DNA from: Neoconidiobolus thromboides FSU 785
Taxonomy: Eukaryota; Fungi; Entomophthoromycota
NCBI GenBank assembly: GCA_025603075.1
Contig: MU626380.1
Coordinates: 1-62,272 of the forward strand
Direction: 5' to 3'
Length of the DNA stretch: 62,272 nt
Below are positions 14,141-27,065 of the stretch, in pieces. The position numbers and the translations under genes are program-made. Each line of letters starts with the position of its first letter. The first letter of the stretch is position 1. The notes below the pieces were generated by a model. The model was not told the DNA's origin. It worked only from the letters and a program-made list of their open reading frames with translations, and made no database searches.

Positions 14141-14490
14141 ATGTTATTTAATTTAATAAGATTTTTTAATGTATTAAAGTTTTATGAATCTAAGTTTAAT
14201 CTAGACTCATTTATATGTATACTTCGTTCAATAAAATTTGATAGTTGCTAACTTTTACTTTATTCCCTCAAAAGTTAATTATTGCATAAATATATTTTTA
14301 ATTTTACTAATATAATTCTATAAAGAATTACTTACTAGTTTCTATCAATATGAAAAGATTGGTATTTTAAATTATATATGTTTAGTATAGTTACCAAAAT
14401 ATAGCTATTGCTCTAGTTTTGTGTTATAAATAGTAAGTGTATTGGTATATATAATTTACTCTGGCATGGACTTTATACTGGAATAATAGT

Positions 14491-14539
14491 AATAAAATAA
14501 AATAAAATAAAATAAAATAAAATAAAATAAAATAAAATA
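14491..14539. repeat. (AATAA)n microsatellite, ~10 units
   Basis: Perfect pentamer run seen directly. Confidence 0.95.
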
Positions 14540-14588
14540 GAATCTGTCATTCGATTTATTCAGCTGCTGCATAAAATACAAAACATAT

Positions 14589-14686
14589 GGAGATGTATTT
14601 TTGTGTTTAAGAATTTTACTAACGAATTTTCCGCTTAAATAGTGCTTAAAAAATGGAAAAAATAATGAAGTCAAAAAAACACTCCC
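14589..14686 (+). mobile_element. MITE family A copy 4a
   Basis: GGAGATG...CACTCCC, 98 bp, ATAT on both sides. Confidence 0.85.
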
Positions 14687-14690
14687 ATAT

Positions 14691-14785
14691 GTGGATATAT
14701 TTCTTTAAGAATTTTACTAACAATTATTCTACTTAAATAGTCTTTAAAAAATCGAAAAAGTGATAAAACCAAAAAAAACTTCCCT
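14691..14785 (+). mobile_element. MITE family A copy 4b (tandem with 4a)
   Basis: GTGGATA...CTTCCCT, separated from 4a by one ATAT and followed by ATAT. Confidence 0.8.
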
Positions 14786-14847
14786 ATATATTACAATAAG
14801 TAATAAATAATACAATGAAAAATAATGTAAAGTTAAAATATAATTTA

Positions 14848-16119
14848 TTATATTTTCATCCAACCTAACATTGGAATGTTTTCAATTCGTTTATAAAAAC
14901 CAATATCTGTACCTGGCGTGATAGGAGCAATTAATAATAAAGGAGTATTGAGTTTATAGTTAATTATTCTGTTTGTGTTTACCACTTTAAAATCATTGAT
15001 TTTAACAATTTCAAGGTTTGGGAAAAGAGATACTAAAAAAAGAAGTATTATAAATGGATGGGAAAAATGATTGATTTCAATCCTTTTGACAAAGCTGCAT
15101 CTAATTGAATTGTACTTTTCACTACGTAAATTACCCTCAGTTAAGTAAGTATCACCAAATATTTGATGAATATTGAGATGTAATTCTTCAAAGTATATAG
15201 TCTGGATGCTTGATAACCTAGAAAGTGTATTTAATAATTCTTTTGTTAAGATGTCAATAGTGGCTTTTCTTATTGGTAATTCTAAGCAATCAGCACTAAT
15301 TAAATGTGATAAAATAGGTGTAGTTAAATCAACAGTTCTACTAATATTGATCAACCCCATAATATTTACATTGTATCTAGAAACATCTAATACTGATATG
15401 TCTTTCAACTGCTTTAAATTACCGAAACATACGATATCACGTTCAGACTTAAATCTTCCTTCAATCTCTAAATTTAAATTGGTGTTAAAATTTACACCAG
15501 GGTCGACTCCAGATGTATCAAAACAATTATTTGATCTCAAACACAAAAATTTTAGGTTGGTAAACATTGACTTAATAGTATCTAATCCATCAAAGCAAAA
15601 TCTACCACTTCCACTTATCTTAAATGATTTCAACACATCAGGATTCAAATATTTTATAACCTCACTAATAGTTATGTTACCTGTATTAATTTCAAATGAT
15701 TCGATTTGGCTTAAATAAGGTCTGAATAACTCCAATGCGCTCCTGCAATCCTTAGAATTTATAACCACTTTTCTCAATTTTGGTATGCTATTGACTATTT
15801 TAATATTATTATTATTAAATGTATCATCATAACGAATGGATTGTAAGTTTGAACAATGGCTCAAGTAGTTGATATTCTTATAATTAACATTCATGTGCTT
15901 TACTAATAATCCATTTTTCCTGATAAAGTTTTCTTGGTAATTTTGGCATCTTTCAAACTCATCATAAATTGAATAAGTTAGGTTGTATTCAATAGTTTTT
16001 TCTATAACTTTAGACAAGTATTTGGATAAATAACGCAATCTGAACAGCTCTTCTGGGTGTAATAACTTAAATACATCTTCTAATAGAATCTCTGACAAAT
16101 ACTCAAATTTCAAACTCAT
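14848..16119 (-). CDS. F-box protein with degenerate LRR-like repeats, intronless, 423 aa
   Basis: N-terminal LSEILLEDVFKLLHPEELFRLRYLSKYL is F-box-like. It is followed by LxxLxL-type segments (NLQSIRY, NLKFLCL, QLKDISV, NLEIVKI). Confidence 0.75.
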   Translation of the reverse strand: MSLKFEYLSEILLEDVFKLLHPEELFRLRYLSKYLSKVIEKTIEYNLTYSIYDEFERCQNYQENFIRKNGLLVKHMNVNYKNINYLSHCSNLQSIRYDDTFNNNNIKIVNSIPKLRKVVINSKDCRSALELFRPYLSQIESFEINTGNITISEVIKYLNPDVLKSFKISGSGRFCFDGLDTIKSMFTNLKFLCLRSNNCFDTSGVDPGVNFNTNLNLEIEGRFKSERDIVCFGNLKQLKDISVLDVSRYNVNIMGLINISRTVDLTTPILSHLISADCLELPIRKATIDILTKELLNTLSRLSSIQTIYFEELHLNIHQIFGDTYLTEGNLRSEKYNSIRCSFVKRIEINHFSHPFIILLFLVSLFPNLEIVKINDFKVVNTNRIINYKLNTPLLLIAPITPGTDIGFYKRIENIPMLGWMKI

Positions 16120-16140
16120 TTTGGAATTCGATAAGTAGCT

Positions 16141-16250
16141 TTTATCCTCCTTTTATCTTTTTTTTATCCTTTTTTTATCCTTTTTTTATCCTCCTTTTAT
16201 CCTTTTTTTTATCCTTCTTTTATTCTCCTTTTATCCTCCTTTTATATCTT
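16141..16250. repeat. Degenerate 11-bp tandem repeat (TTTTATCC-like) directly upstream of the F-box ATG
   Basis: TTATC occurs at 16142, 16153, 16164, 16175, 16186, 16197, 16209 and 16231. Confidence 0.85.
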
Positions 16251-16369
16251 TAGACCTGTTAAAAATACATTTGACTTGAATAAATTAAGTATGTTATATA
16301 ATGACTTAAACTTTGATCTTAATGACTAAATATTATTATTAAACTTCACTACAGTTATTTTCTATAAAT

Positions 16370-16487
16370 AGGGATGTATTTTGTATTTAACAATTTTATT
16401 AACAATTTTATTAACAATTTTATTAACAATTTCTCCGCTCAAATAATGCTTAAAAGATGGAAAAAGTGATGAAACCAAAAAACACCC
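16370..16487 (+). mobile_element. MITE family A copy 5, with an internal 12-bp tandem expansion
   Basis: AGGGATG...CACCC. The unit TTAACAATTTTA is repeated more than three times inside. Flanks AAAT/ATAT. Confidence 0.8.
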
Positions 16488-16928
16488 ATATATACTTCAT
16501 AGTAATTGCTGATGAGTATTTATTTTTTATATAATATACAGGTAATATGTATTTTTTTTAAACTTTAAAAATTAATGAATAATCTGGCTAGATAGTAGAA
16601 TGGATTTATAAAACAAGACCATTAAAGCTATATTGTAATGTCAAAAATACTAGCGCCCAAAGTTGAATCTACTGACAATATACTTCAAACGAAGGATACC
16701 TATTCTATGTAATAGCTTTTCTGTAAAAAAGAATGTTTATACTATTAGATAAGTTAATCTAAATAATATAAATATCAACGTCAATGAAAAATAATATTTA
16801 TAAAACTAATTCTTAATATATATTGAACAACATATAAAGTTTGTATAAAATAGTCTTAAAATTAACATAAGTTTAACGATTAGATGATTTCGTTAATGAT
16901 AATTTGAATTTGAAAGTTTTTAGCATAT

Positions 16929-17026
16929 AGGAGTGTTTTTTTTAGCTTCATTACTTTTTCCATCTTTTAGCGCTATTTGAATGGAAAGATTACTAGTAAA
17001 ATCCTTAAACACAAAGATATATCCCT
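16929..17026 (-). mobile_element. MITE family A copy 6
   Basis: Reverse match, 98 bp, ATAT on both sides. Confidence 0.8.
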
Positions 17027-18972
17027 ATATTCTTTGGTTTAAATTACAATGTCTCTAAAGCTTTGTAATACTTTCGAACAAAATAAACATACGAAAATAA
17101 TACTCAGTTAAGTCAAAATATCACTATTTACTTTTGTGTTTCAATTTTTCTTTTTTTAATACTTGTGGTTTTTGAAAAGCCATCATAAAAATCCCGTCAT
17201 GCTTGTAACTATAATGAACAATCAAACCCCAAGATCATGTTAGAGCCTACTTTACTAAACATCATATTGTGATCAAATAATAGACATTTGAATGATTCAA
17301 CAAAGATTTAAAAAGTGATAAAAAAATAAAAAGATACTTTACTATCTTATTTTTATTCTAGAATAGCAAAAGTACTATTTATATAAAAAATAATACCAAT
17401 TGTATTTACAAACTGATAATGAAACCGAAAAAAAAGCATCTTTGAATGGCTTAAAAAAAGCATAAATAAAGATATCAACTTTAAAATCATTTGTAGTAGC
17501 AAATTTCTAGGCAGTTTCAGTCTTGAGAACGATATTACTAGGCTGACAAAATACTTAGCTGATCGTAAAAGAAAAAAGTCTTTACCAAGAAGGGTAAGTT
17601 TATTATTATATGAATAAATTTTGATTCAATTGCCTATAAATACCATCAAAGATCATGAATCATTAAATCAAAAACAAATTGAATGTCATTTGTATAACAG
17701 AAATAACAAAGATTAATATGAAAATCCAATACTTATAGCCAAGTGTGGAAAAGGTAATTAATTGAAAATAATATAATGCTGTATTTCAAATAATAGCCAG
17801 TACCAAGTAGCAAGAAATTTATCATTATTGAGGATAATGTGGGGAATATTCATTTATTTAAAAAAGAAAGTGAATGTGGAAAATATGCTTACTTATTAAG
17901 CCTATATTAATCCTAATTATCAACACTAATATAATTAATTAAAGGCATATGACCAGTTAAATATAGTGCGAACAGTTTAAAAGTTAAAGGGTAAGACAAA
18001 GAGCTATTGATAAATTATAGCAACCCAAAAACAATTGTATACAACATAAGCCAAGACAAGCAAAAAAATGAGTTTTATGAAAATAACCACATTACAAAAT
18101 GCAATGATTATTTTAATAACCTGATTTTAACTGATATAAAAAATGGGGGCATATTTTTATTTGAACAGCGGGAATAAGCATATTCTTTGGTTTACAATAA
18201 TAATAATAATTGCCATCAAAAACACGATGTTAGTAAAGTTCAGTTTTTACCTTATCGTAACTTGTATTATTTTTTAACTTCATGAGCAACAGGCGAGTAA
18301 TCAAGCTATTGGATAATAGCAATAGTTCAATTACTTTAACTGTCTAAAATTATAGGATGTACATATACCTAACTCAAGTTTCTTATTCTGGTTTTGTTCA
18401 TCCTTATCTTTGGTTGATGGTAGTGTAAACAATAATAATAAGACACCCCATGGTAGTTTGGCTTTAACATTATTTTATCTATTGCTTTTGAGTCAATTTG
18501 GGCATAATAAATTTTATCCTCAATAGATACGGACTCAATATTTATTCAGCTTATATATATGATATATATAACAGTACCAATATAAATTCTAAGACATAAT
18601 ATCAATGCCATGTTGTAAAGTGTTTATGAAATCCATCATAATTCCATTGAGTCAATAATCGAGGAAAGATATGAACGCCTATTGATTAACTAACCATTAT
18701 ATTATAAACTGCTATCAGCCCATGTGTATTCCATTTAGTATTAGGCAACAATATTAAAGTAATACTAATAATATATTTAAGTCATAAAAATACCAGTTTT
18801 CTAACACGCCAACACCAAAGAGCTATTAATAATATTGGTTGGTGTCCCTTTGATTTTAAATATGCAAGTTGAATCAAATAAATATAAAAACCTGATATTT
18901 TAATCTTTATTCTAATCTATAGATCGTATCATGTTCGGATGGTTCCACAGCACAAGTATGGAGTATGTAAAG

Positions 18973-19756
18973 CTAATCCCAACTTTTATCTCTACGCAAC
19001 GATTTCTTTTCACTATGTTTCTTTTTAATTTTTTCTTTCTTTAATTTTCCAATATTTAAACTAAATTATTAATCTTTATATTTATGATAAATAACTAACT
19101 GACTCACTTTTTTTCCATATTTAATTTGGCTTCTAAGCTCATTTCTTTTGGTATATCATCAAAGATAGGTTTTAAATTGTTATAAAATTTCTGTAATACT
19201 GCTTCTCGATTTTGTATTTGAGTACGAAAGCTGTCACTCGTTAGTATGTACTCTCCGCTTTTGTTCACTTTTTTATTGTATCGCTTTGTTTATTTTTAAC
19301 ATTATTCGATTAATTAGCTGTATAGTTAAACTTACTTCATCATACAATAGCTTATCTCTTACAAAATAGGGTAACCAGGTGGCGGAATGTAAGTTAACTC
19401 TAAACTCAACTTTACTTGAAACTAGCATAATAAATAATTTTAAAAAAAGTAAATTTCAAATAATCACCATTTTACCTTTATTTACATTTTGCCCCCCAGG
19501 TCCACTACTTCTTATGAAACTAAATGTAACAGATTCTAAATACTTGTTATAAAATAAATAGCAACAAAATATAAGTTTTACTATCGCTTAATGGAATAGC
19601 CTCCACATTAAATGTTGGCCACCAAGTACTTATTTGTTGGTTAATATCACTACTTTTGTTATCATTAGTTGAATAATACTTGAAATTAAACAAAGCTTTG
19701 GGTTTTGGATGTATTTTATTAAGTAAAAAATTATTTATTAAAGTATTAAATCTCAT
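18973..19756 (-). CDS. PTH4: Mitochondrial peptidyl-tRNA hydrolase / ribosome rescue factor (ICT1/ArfB family); exons 19756-19582, 19535-19476, 19421-19336, 19283-19108, 19060-18973; ~194 aa
   Basis: The manual splice gives FSFIRSSGPGGQNVNKVSSK (GGQ motif), GEYILTSDSFRTQIQNRE and a basic tail KKEKIKKKHSEKKSLRR. Phases are consistent. Confidence 0.92.
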
Positions 19757-19870
19757 CAAATTAAAGAAACTTTTAAAAATAGGTTTGCTTTTATTTTTAT
19801 TTTTTAATTTAACTAGAAAACTCGTAATTTTTTACTCTTTATTCTTTGTATTTTAATTCCTAACAAAATA

Positions 19871-21301
19871 ATGTTAAGACGTGAAAAAGGCTCGGATTCA
19901 ATAACTTATCACTGTAATTGTGCCCCAGACCAAGGGCGAGTAGTTTTATTCTACATCTATTTCAATTTAACCAACGTTATCGAATTTCACGAACAACAAC
20001 AAACATTGCTAAAAGACTTAAATCTATTAGGAAAACTAAAGATCAGTCAAGAGGGTTTAAACATCACCTTAGCAGGCTCTCAATTAAACGTAAACAGCTA
20101 TATTTCATGGATTTGTAATTATTTGGTGGATAATAAAATTTTCCCAGTTGCACCTGATTTAAAGCTGTTGTTAACAAGCATTGAAGAAAAGGAAGTGGTG
20201 GATGAAAGCGAAATAAATAAAAACTCATTGAACATACTTGATTGTTTGGTCGAAAATGATAAATACAAATTAAGTGATGACATTAGATTCTGGACACCTT
20301 TGAAGAAAGCATTTTTTAAACCTAGCGATGGATGTGAACATGTGTTTGATAAGTTAAGTATCAAAATAGTGGATGAGATATGTCCATTTCAAGTTGAAAA
20401 TAAGGATTTTAAGCTAGATTTGGAATGGAAAAATGATTTAGGTAATAAAAATACTATATTTATTAGCCAATTTAATGATTTAAAATTTAACTTTATAGAA
20501 AAAGAAAGGATAGAAAGAATAAAACTAAAGCCTAGAGAGTTTCATTTTTTAATTAAAGAGAAGAAAGATGACGGTTTAATTTTAGATGTAAGAAACTATT
20601 ATGAAAGTGAAATTGGAAAATTCGATGAAGCTTTATGTCCTCCAATTAGAAATTTCAAAGCTTTACCACAATATTTAAAAAGTATTAAATTTAAACCAAA
20701 TAATAAGCATTTGTTTACTTATTGTACTGGAGGGATTCGTTGGTAAGTTAGTAAAGAATGGGTAATGATATATTAATTCAATCATTTATTTTAGTGAAAA
20801 AGCAAGTGCTTATATAAAAGATTATTTAAATGAAACTTCAAGTACGAATGAAATTGAAAAATTATATATGTTAGAAGGTGGGATCCATAACTATTTAGAA
20901 TGGTTTCAGAAATCTGAGTTGCCAAAGGAAGGTAATATTAAAAGTGAAAATTTGATTATAATAATGATAATAAAATATCTCTTCTTTATATAGAATGCTT
21001 ATTCCAAGGTAAAAATTATGTGTTTGATGCTCGACAATCGATGGGTTTAGATGATACAAACTTGATATCAAAGTGCGGCCATTGTGACCAGTTGACTGCT
21101 AATTTATTCAAATGTAAGTCGACTTGTTGCCATAAAATTATTATTCGATGTGAGGTGGCTTGCTTTGAACAGCTACCTTTTTGTTGTGGTAATTGTAATA
21201 ATATCGACCAGGAATTGGAAACCCGTAGTAAAGGTGGGAATAGTAAAAAGAGAGCCCTTTGTCAGTGTGAGTTGGATAGAATTCAAAGTTTTAAGTTGTA
21301 A
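19871..21301 (+). CDS. TrhO/YceA/TSTD2-type rhodanese-domain protein; exons 19871-20742, 20795-20931, 20994-21301; ~438 aa
   Basis: Motifs QEGLNITLAG, LDVRNYYESEIGKF, YCTGGIRCEKAS, LEGGIHNYL, FQGKNYVFDAR and a Cys-rich C-terminus. Confidence 0.88.
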
Positions 21302-21475
21302 GTTAATAATAAATAGAAAATATAATTTGATTTTAAATTTTTTGAGTTTTTTGAATTTTAAAAAATATAGAGTTTAATTTCGATCTATTTGAGCCAATAA
21401 AAGTCAAATATAATAATCAATAGTAAACTAAATAAAAAAATGTTTTTTTGATTGAAAAAACAACTTATTAAAAAA

Positions 21476-22755
21476 ATGGAGGCCTCAAGCATAGACCAAG
21501 TATTACACTTCCCAGAAGAAAGACTCATAGAATTCATCGAAAAAAAGATGCAAGAAGGGGAGCATGAGCTTATCCAACAATTAGTAGATAAGAAAATTAC
21601 TTTGGAACCAACTAATCTTAAATTAGTGGTATTGAAAGCTAATTTATTGATAGACATGGGGCATTGGGATCAAGGATATGAAGTAAAATTAACTAAAAAA
21701 TGAAATAACATAAAGATTTTAATACTGTTTTCTATTTTATAGCTATTAATAAGTCTTTTACAGACAGAGGAAGGTCAAAAGTGTGCTGAAGTTTATATGG
21801 GATTAGCACAAATGACAACAGAACTAGACTCGGTACAATATTATACCCAAGGGCTTGATATCTATTTAAAAGAATTGAAAGAGTTTAATGGTACTGAATC
21901 TGGATTGATTGATCTAAAAAGAAAAATTTCGGATAGTTTTATAGCATTGACTGAGTTGTATTTAACTGATCTTTGGTAAGTTTTAAAGCTTTTGTTCTTT
22001 ATTATTTTGTTTATTTATAAAATTTAGCTTCGAACCAGATGCAGAAAAAAGGTGTGAAAACTATTTGTCGCAAGCGATCCAAATTGATAATAAAAATAGT
22101 ATCATCTATCAAACTTTAGCTTCAGTAAGGTTATCTCAACATAGGGAAGAGGAAGCTAAAGAATGTTTGTTGAGTTCATTTAATTTGTGGTATAATAAAC
22201 CAGAAGGTAAAAAGAATAATTTTACATAATGAATTATTTTGTTAATATTATTTAAAGTGACTCCGCCTATCTATCAAACACGTTCAGCATTAGCACGTAT
22301 GTTTATAGAAACTTCAATGATGGAAGAAGCTTTACAAGTATTAGAACATTTAAACGCCGAAGATAATTCCAGTGTAGAAACTTGGTACTTATTTGGTTTA
22401 TGTAATTATCTTTCAGCTCAAAAAGAAGAAGAATTACAAAATGAAGATGAGGCTTCAAAAGGATTTGAATATTATAAAGATAGTTGGGAGTGTCTATTAA
22501 CCGCTTCTAAAGTAAGCTTGAGTTTTTATCATATTTTGAGTTTAAATTGACAGTTTTTTTTAGTTGGCTAATGATTGTGGTTATGATGATTATGAAGTTC
22601 TCAAACATATTGAAGAATTGAAGATGGATATATTGGCTAGATATCCAGGGTTAGAGAATCATGATTTAGAAGAAGAAAAAGAAACAGGGGATGGTGAGAA
22701 TCTAGAAGAGGTTGACTTTTATACAGATGAAGAGGAAGAGGAAGCTATGGAATAA
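21476..22755 (+). CDS. ACL4: Assembly chaperone of Rpl4 (TPR protein); exons 21476-21682, 21743-21975, 22028-22206, 22258-22511, 22564-22755; ~354 aa
   Basis: Segments ELYLTDLCFEPDAEKRCE, YQTLASVRLSQ and PPIYQTRSALARMFIE...VETWYLFG, plus an acidic tail. Confidence 0.85.
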
Positions 22756-23123
22756 TTAAGTAGAATAAGTATTGGTCATAATCCTCTTTTTTAAGCTTAT
22801 TAATTGTAATAAAAATAGAAATTTTAATTTTTAATAGTCTTTTTAATCTTTTTATAGTAAATAGAACATTTTCTGAGCTAGTTTTGTATACAATATAATC
22901 ATGAAATAATGTCAATATATAATCTTTGATATTAAATAAATTCAATATATTCAATATATCAATGCGTGCATGAATGCAATAGCTATGAGTAAAAGATTAT
23001 AAAACATATTAATAATAAACAAAATGTTAGAAAAAAAGTTTAATTGCTTTAAAAAAAGAGTATATTATATAAGAACTGCCATGAAAAAATTTGATTTCAC
23101 TCGTATCCAATTTTAATTACAAT

Positions 23124-23845
<722 letters not shown>

Positions 23846-25457
23846 TTATTTATTTAGTTTTAATATAGTCTGCTCTTTTTCTTATTTGGAGTTCTAAATT
23901 TAAAAATAAGATATTGTTTATTTTTAAAGCTTGAATACTTAAAAGAGTTCGATTTTATTTTTTCTATTCAAATTATACACTTTCTCCTCTTTCTAAAAGC
24001 TATCGAAGGGGAAAAGTCCATTTTATAACTTATGATTGGCTCATTTTATTGGAATAACTCTCTAATTTCAAGCTTTATTGAGTCAAGTTAACCAATCATT
24101 TGGTTACATTGCATTTACAATTTGTTGTTCAAATCTTACTATAACAATTTAACGTGGATAAATAACTGTACAAGTTAGAAAAAGAATGGAAGTTTATGTT
24201 AGGATAGTAATTAACTGATATATCATGCTACAAGATCACTTTAATTATCAATCTGAACTAATTTTGTAATAACATTATTTTAATATCATTATATCTAGTG
24301 CCACTTTTACCTGAATCTTTCATGAATGGATCCACCAATAAATCATAATTAGTTCATTCAATTTCAAAACATAGAGTTAAAATAGATTTAATTGATCCAA
24401 ACTATTGTTTGATAGGTTTAATTTGCTATTAAACAAGACAATGAAGAACATAATTTATAAATTGAGACTTATTTATTGCAAAATTTAAAAATTTTGCATG
24501 TACACCTATTTCCATTAACTTTTAAATATAAAATTTATTTTATTATTCTACATATTGATATCCTTGAAATAAAGTATTATCTTACATAATATAAAAGTCT
24601 TCTATTTTAATTAGTTAATAATAAAACAGATTAGTGATTGATTTAAAAACAGGTTTTTAACCCCAAAAGTGGAATGTTTGGCATTTTGCTAAATTTTTAT
24701 GCTTCGTTAAATTTACTTTTTTTTGCAGTTTTAAGTAATAAGAAAATTAGTTGAAACTGAAATTTGAATTAAATTACAGTTTTTGCAACTCTATTGTGAT
24801 ATAATTTATGGTGATTTTTAATACCAGTTATTTATTTATTTATTTATTTGGTTTTTAAAGCTTATTATTAGATTTTGTTATGGTTTTGTTCTTTAATCAA
24901 TAGTAGATTTAATTGCAATAAAGCTGCAACAATTGTAACAGACTAGGTTTATTTTAGAAAATTTAATAAATACTATAATAATTTTAATTATATTTTTTTT
25001 TAGTTTATAAACATTAATTAAATAAGATTATATAGTTTTTAAATTAATAATATATACATTTGTTTTTAAAATTAAAGATATTTTTAGAGTATAATTCTTT
25101 ATATTACTAATAAAAAAACATATATATGTAATATTAGTTTATGCATAAATTCAATTTTTTTATGATAAAATTAAATGCAATGATTTTTTTTATAATAAGC
25201 TAAAAATAATAAGTTGTTATTATAAATGTATTTATTTTTAAAATTTAATTTAGCTAATTTAGCTTAAAATTTATAATGACAAAGTAATAGATTCCATTAT
25301 TTAAGTATTTTTTTCTGGTATTATTTATTTAACTAATTTTAATAAATTTCATTACAGCTAGCTGCTTTTCATAGTTATTTAATATTTGTATTTTTATTTA
25401 AAAATATCATTTACTTAAAGAACAAGAAAAATGGAATTAAAAACAATTGCAATATTT

Positions 25458-25552
25458 GTAAGTGTTTTTTTTTGATTTCATCACTTTTTCTATCTTTTAA
25501 GCACTATCTGAGTGGAAAAATTATTAACAAAATTATTAAATATAAAAATATA
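25458..25552 (-). mobile_element. MITE family A copy 7a (inner TIR truncated; left arm of a palindrome)
   Basis: Reverse match to the consensus, abutting copy 7b head-to-head. Confidence 0.75.
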
Positions 25553-25553
25553 T

Positions 25554-25648
25554 GGGGATATATTTTTGTGTAAGAATTTTACTAATAATTTTTCCACTTA
25601 AATAGTGCTTAAAGATGAAAAAAGTAATGAAGCCAAAAGAACATTTAC
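25554..25648 (+). mobile_element. MITE family A copy 7b
   Basis: GGGGATA...CATTTAC, flanks ATAT/ATGT. Confidence 0.8.
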
Positions 25649-25784
25649 ATGTACTATTTCTTATTTCCACCAATCAATTGCTTTAATTTTAAAAATTAGC
25701 ATATCAAAAATCGTCACTTTTAATTTGAATTTTTCTAAAAGTTCAAACTTTTTAAAATTCTAATAAAATTCTAATTCGTTGATT

Positions 25785-26499
25785 ATGTCTCATCCATATT
25801 ATCCAACCACTTTAACGTTACCTCATTACCTTCCTAATGATAGTAATACATTATCTCAAATCACTATATTTTCTTTAGGCTTAATTTTATTATCTATTCC
25901 AGCACTTTACTTTACTCATTCTAAATCTTTGAAATATCAATTAACTTTTTTATGGTTTTTATTAAGTGGTAGTATCCATTTGTTTTTTGAAGCTTATTTT
26001 GTGATTTTTAATCAAAGTTTAGCTTCTCATAAAACTTTATTTGGTCAATTATGGAAAGAATATTCTTTAGCCGATTCTAGATATTTATCTTCAGATCCAT
26101 TAGTTTTATTTATTGAAGGTATAACAGCAGTAAGTTTAATAGAATAGTTTATTTATTTATTGTTATTGATAAAATTTAATTTAGTTTCTTTGGGGTCCAT
26201 TATGTTATTTAATTTGTTATCAATTATTTACTTTCAATTCCCAACGTCATCTTTATATCATTATTGTTTCTTTAGGACAATTATATGGAGTAATACTTTA
26301 TTATTTAACAGCATTATATGAAAATACTCCTCATTGTGTACCAAATTCCTTTTATTTTTATGGTTATTTTATATTTACTAATTCCTTTTGGTTCTTTATA
26401 CCAATGTATTATTTATATGATTCAGGTAAATTTATTTTATTGAATTTAAAGGAATATGATAATAATAATGATAAAAATAAATTGAAAAAAAATAAATAA
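25785..26499 (+). CDS. EBP/EXPERA family sterol delta8-delta7 isomerase, copy 1; exons 25785-26129, 26185-26499; ~219 aa
   Basis: Motifs IHLFFEAY, LWKEYSLADSRY, EGITAFLWGP, GQLYG and NSFW. Confidence 0.9.
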
Positions 26500-26652
26500 A
26501 TAATAATAATTTAAATCGTTTATATACATTCTATATAAGCTTTATTTTATTTTTAAAAAATAGTATTAATTTGAAACTGATTATTAATAACATGTACCAC
26601 TTATCATTTCCTACAAATAACTTTTCAATTTTTAATATCTATAACTCTCTTT

Positions 26653-27031
26653 CTACAACAAATCCCTTAACGCAGACCTTTTCTTTTTGTTTGGTTGAGA
26701 AATCTTGTCTTCCCCATCATCTTCACTATCATTACTTTCACTGTCACTATTACTACTACTATCACTACTATCACTTCTATCCTTTTCTTCTCCCTCTGAT
26801 TCAGAAGGTTCTTCAAAATCCAAATTTGAATTGTTAGTTAATGTACCATTAGTAATTGGTGGTTTACCATCTTTATTAAAATGGAACTTTTTAGCTTGCA
26901 TCGATTTAAACAAATCCGTCATTTTAGTTAAGCCTTGACCTTGATTATTATAAGCCATTAAACTAGTAGTTATATCAAATTTATTTTGACTTGAATTCGT
27001 TATAGAGGGGGTAATTTCATGTGATTTAGTT

Positions 27032-27065
<34 letters not shown>

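Noticed and set aside
17417-17612. Frame MKPKKSIFEWLKK...DRKRKKSLPRR that needs a frameshift in an A8 run and is followed by GTAAGT
   Set aside because: The start region resembles a decayed MITE 3' end, no downstream exon stays open, and the peptide is unrecognisable.
24900-25440. Extremely AT-rich tract as a possible replication origin or centromere element
   Set aside because: It has no diagnostic motif, and composition alone cannot support the call in a genome this AT-rich.
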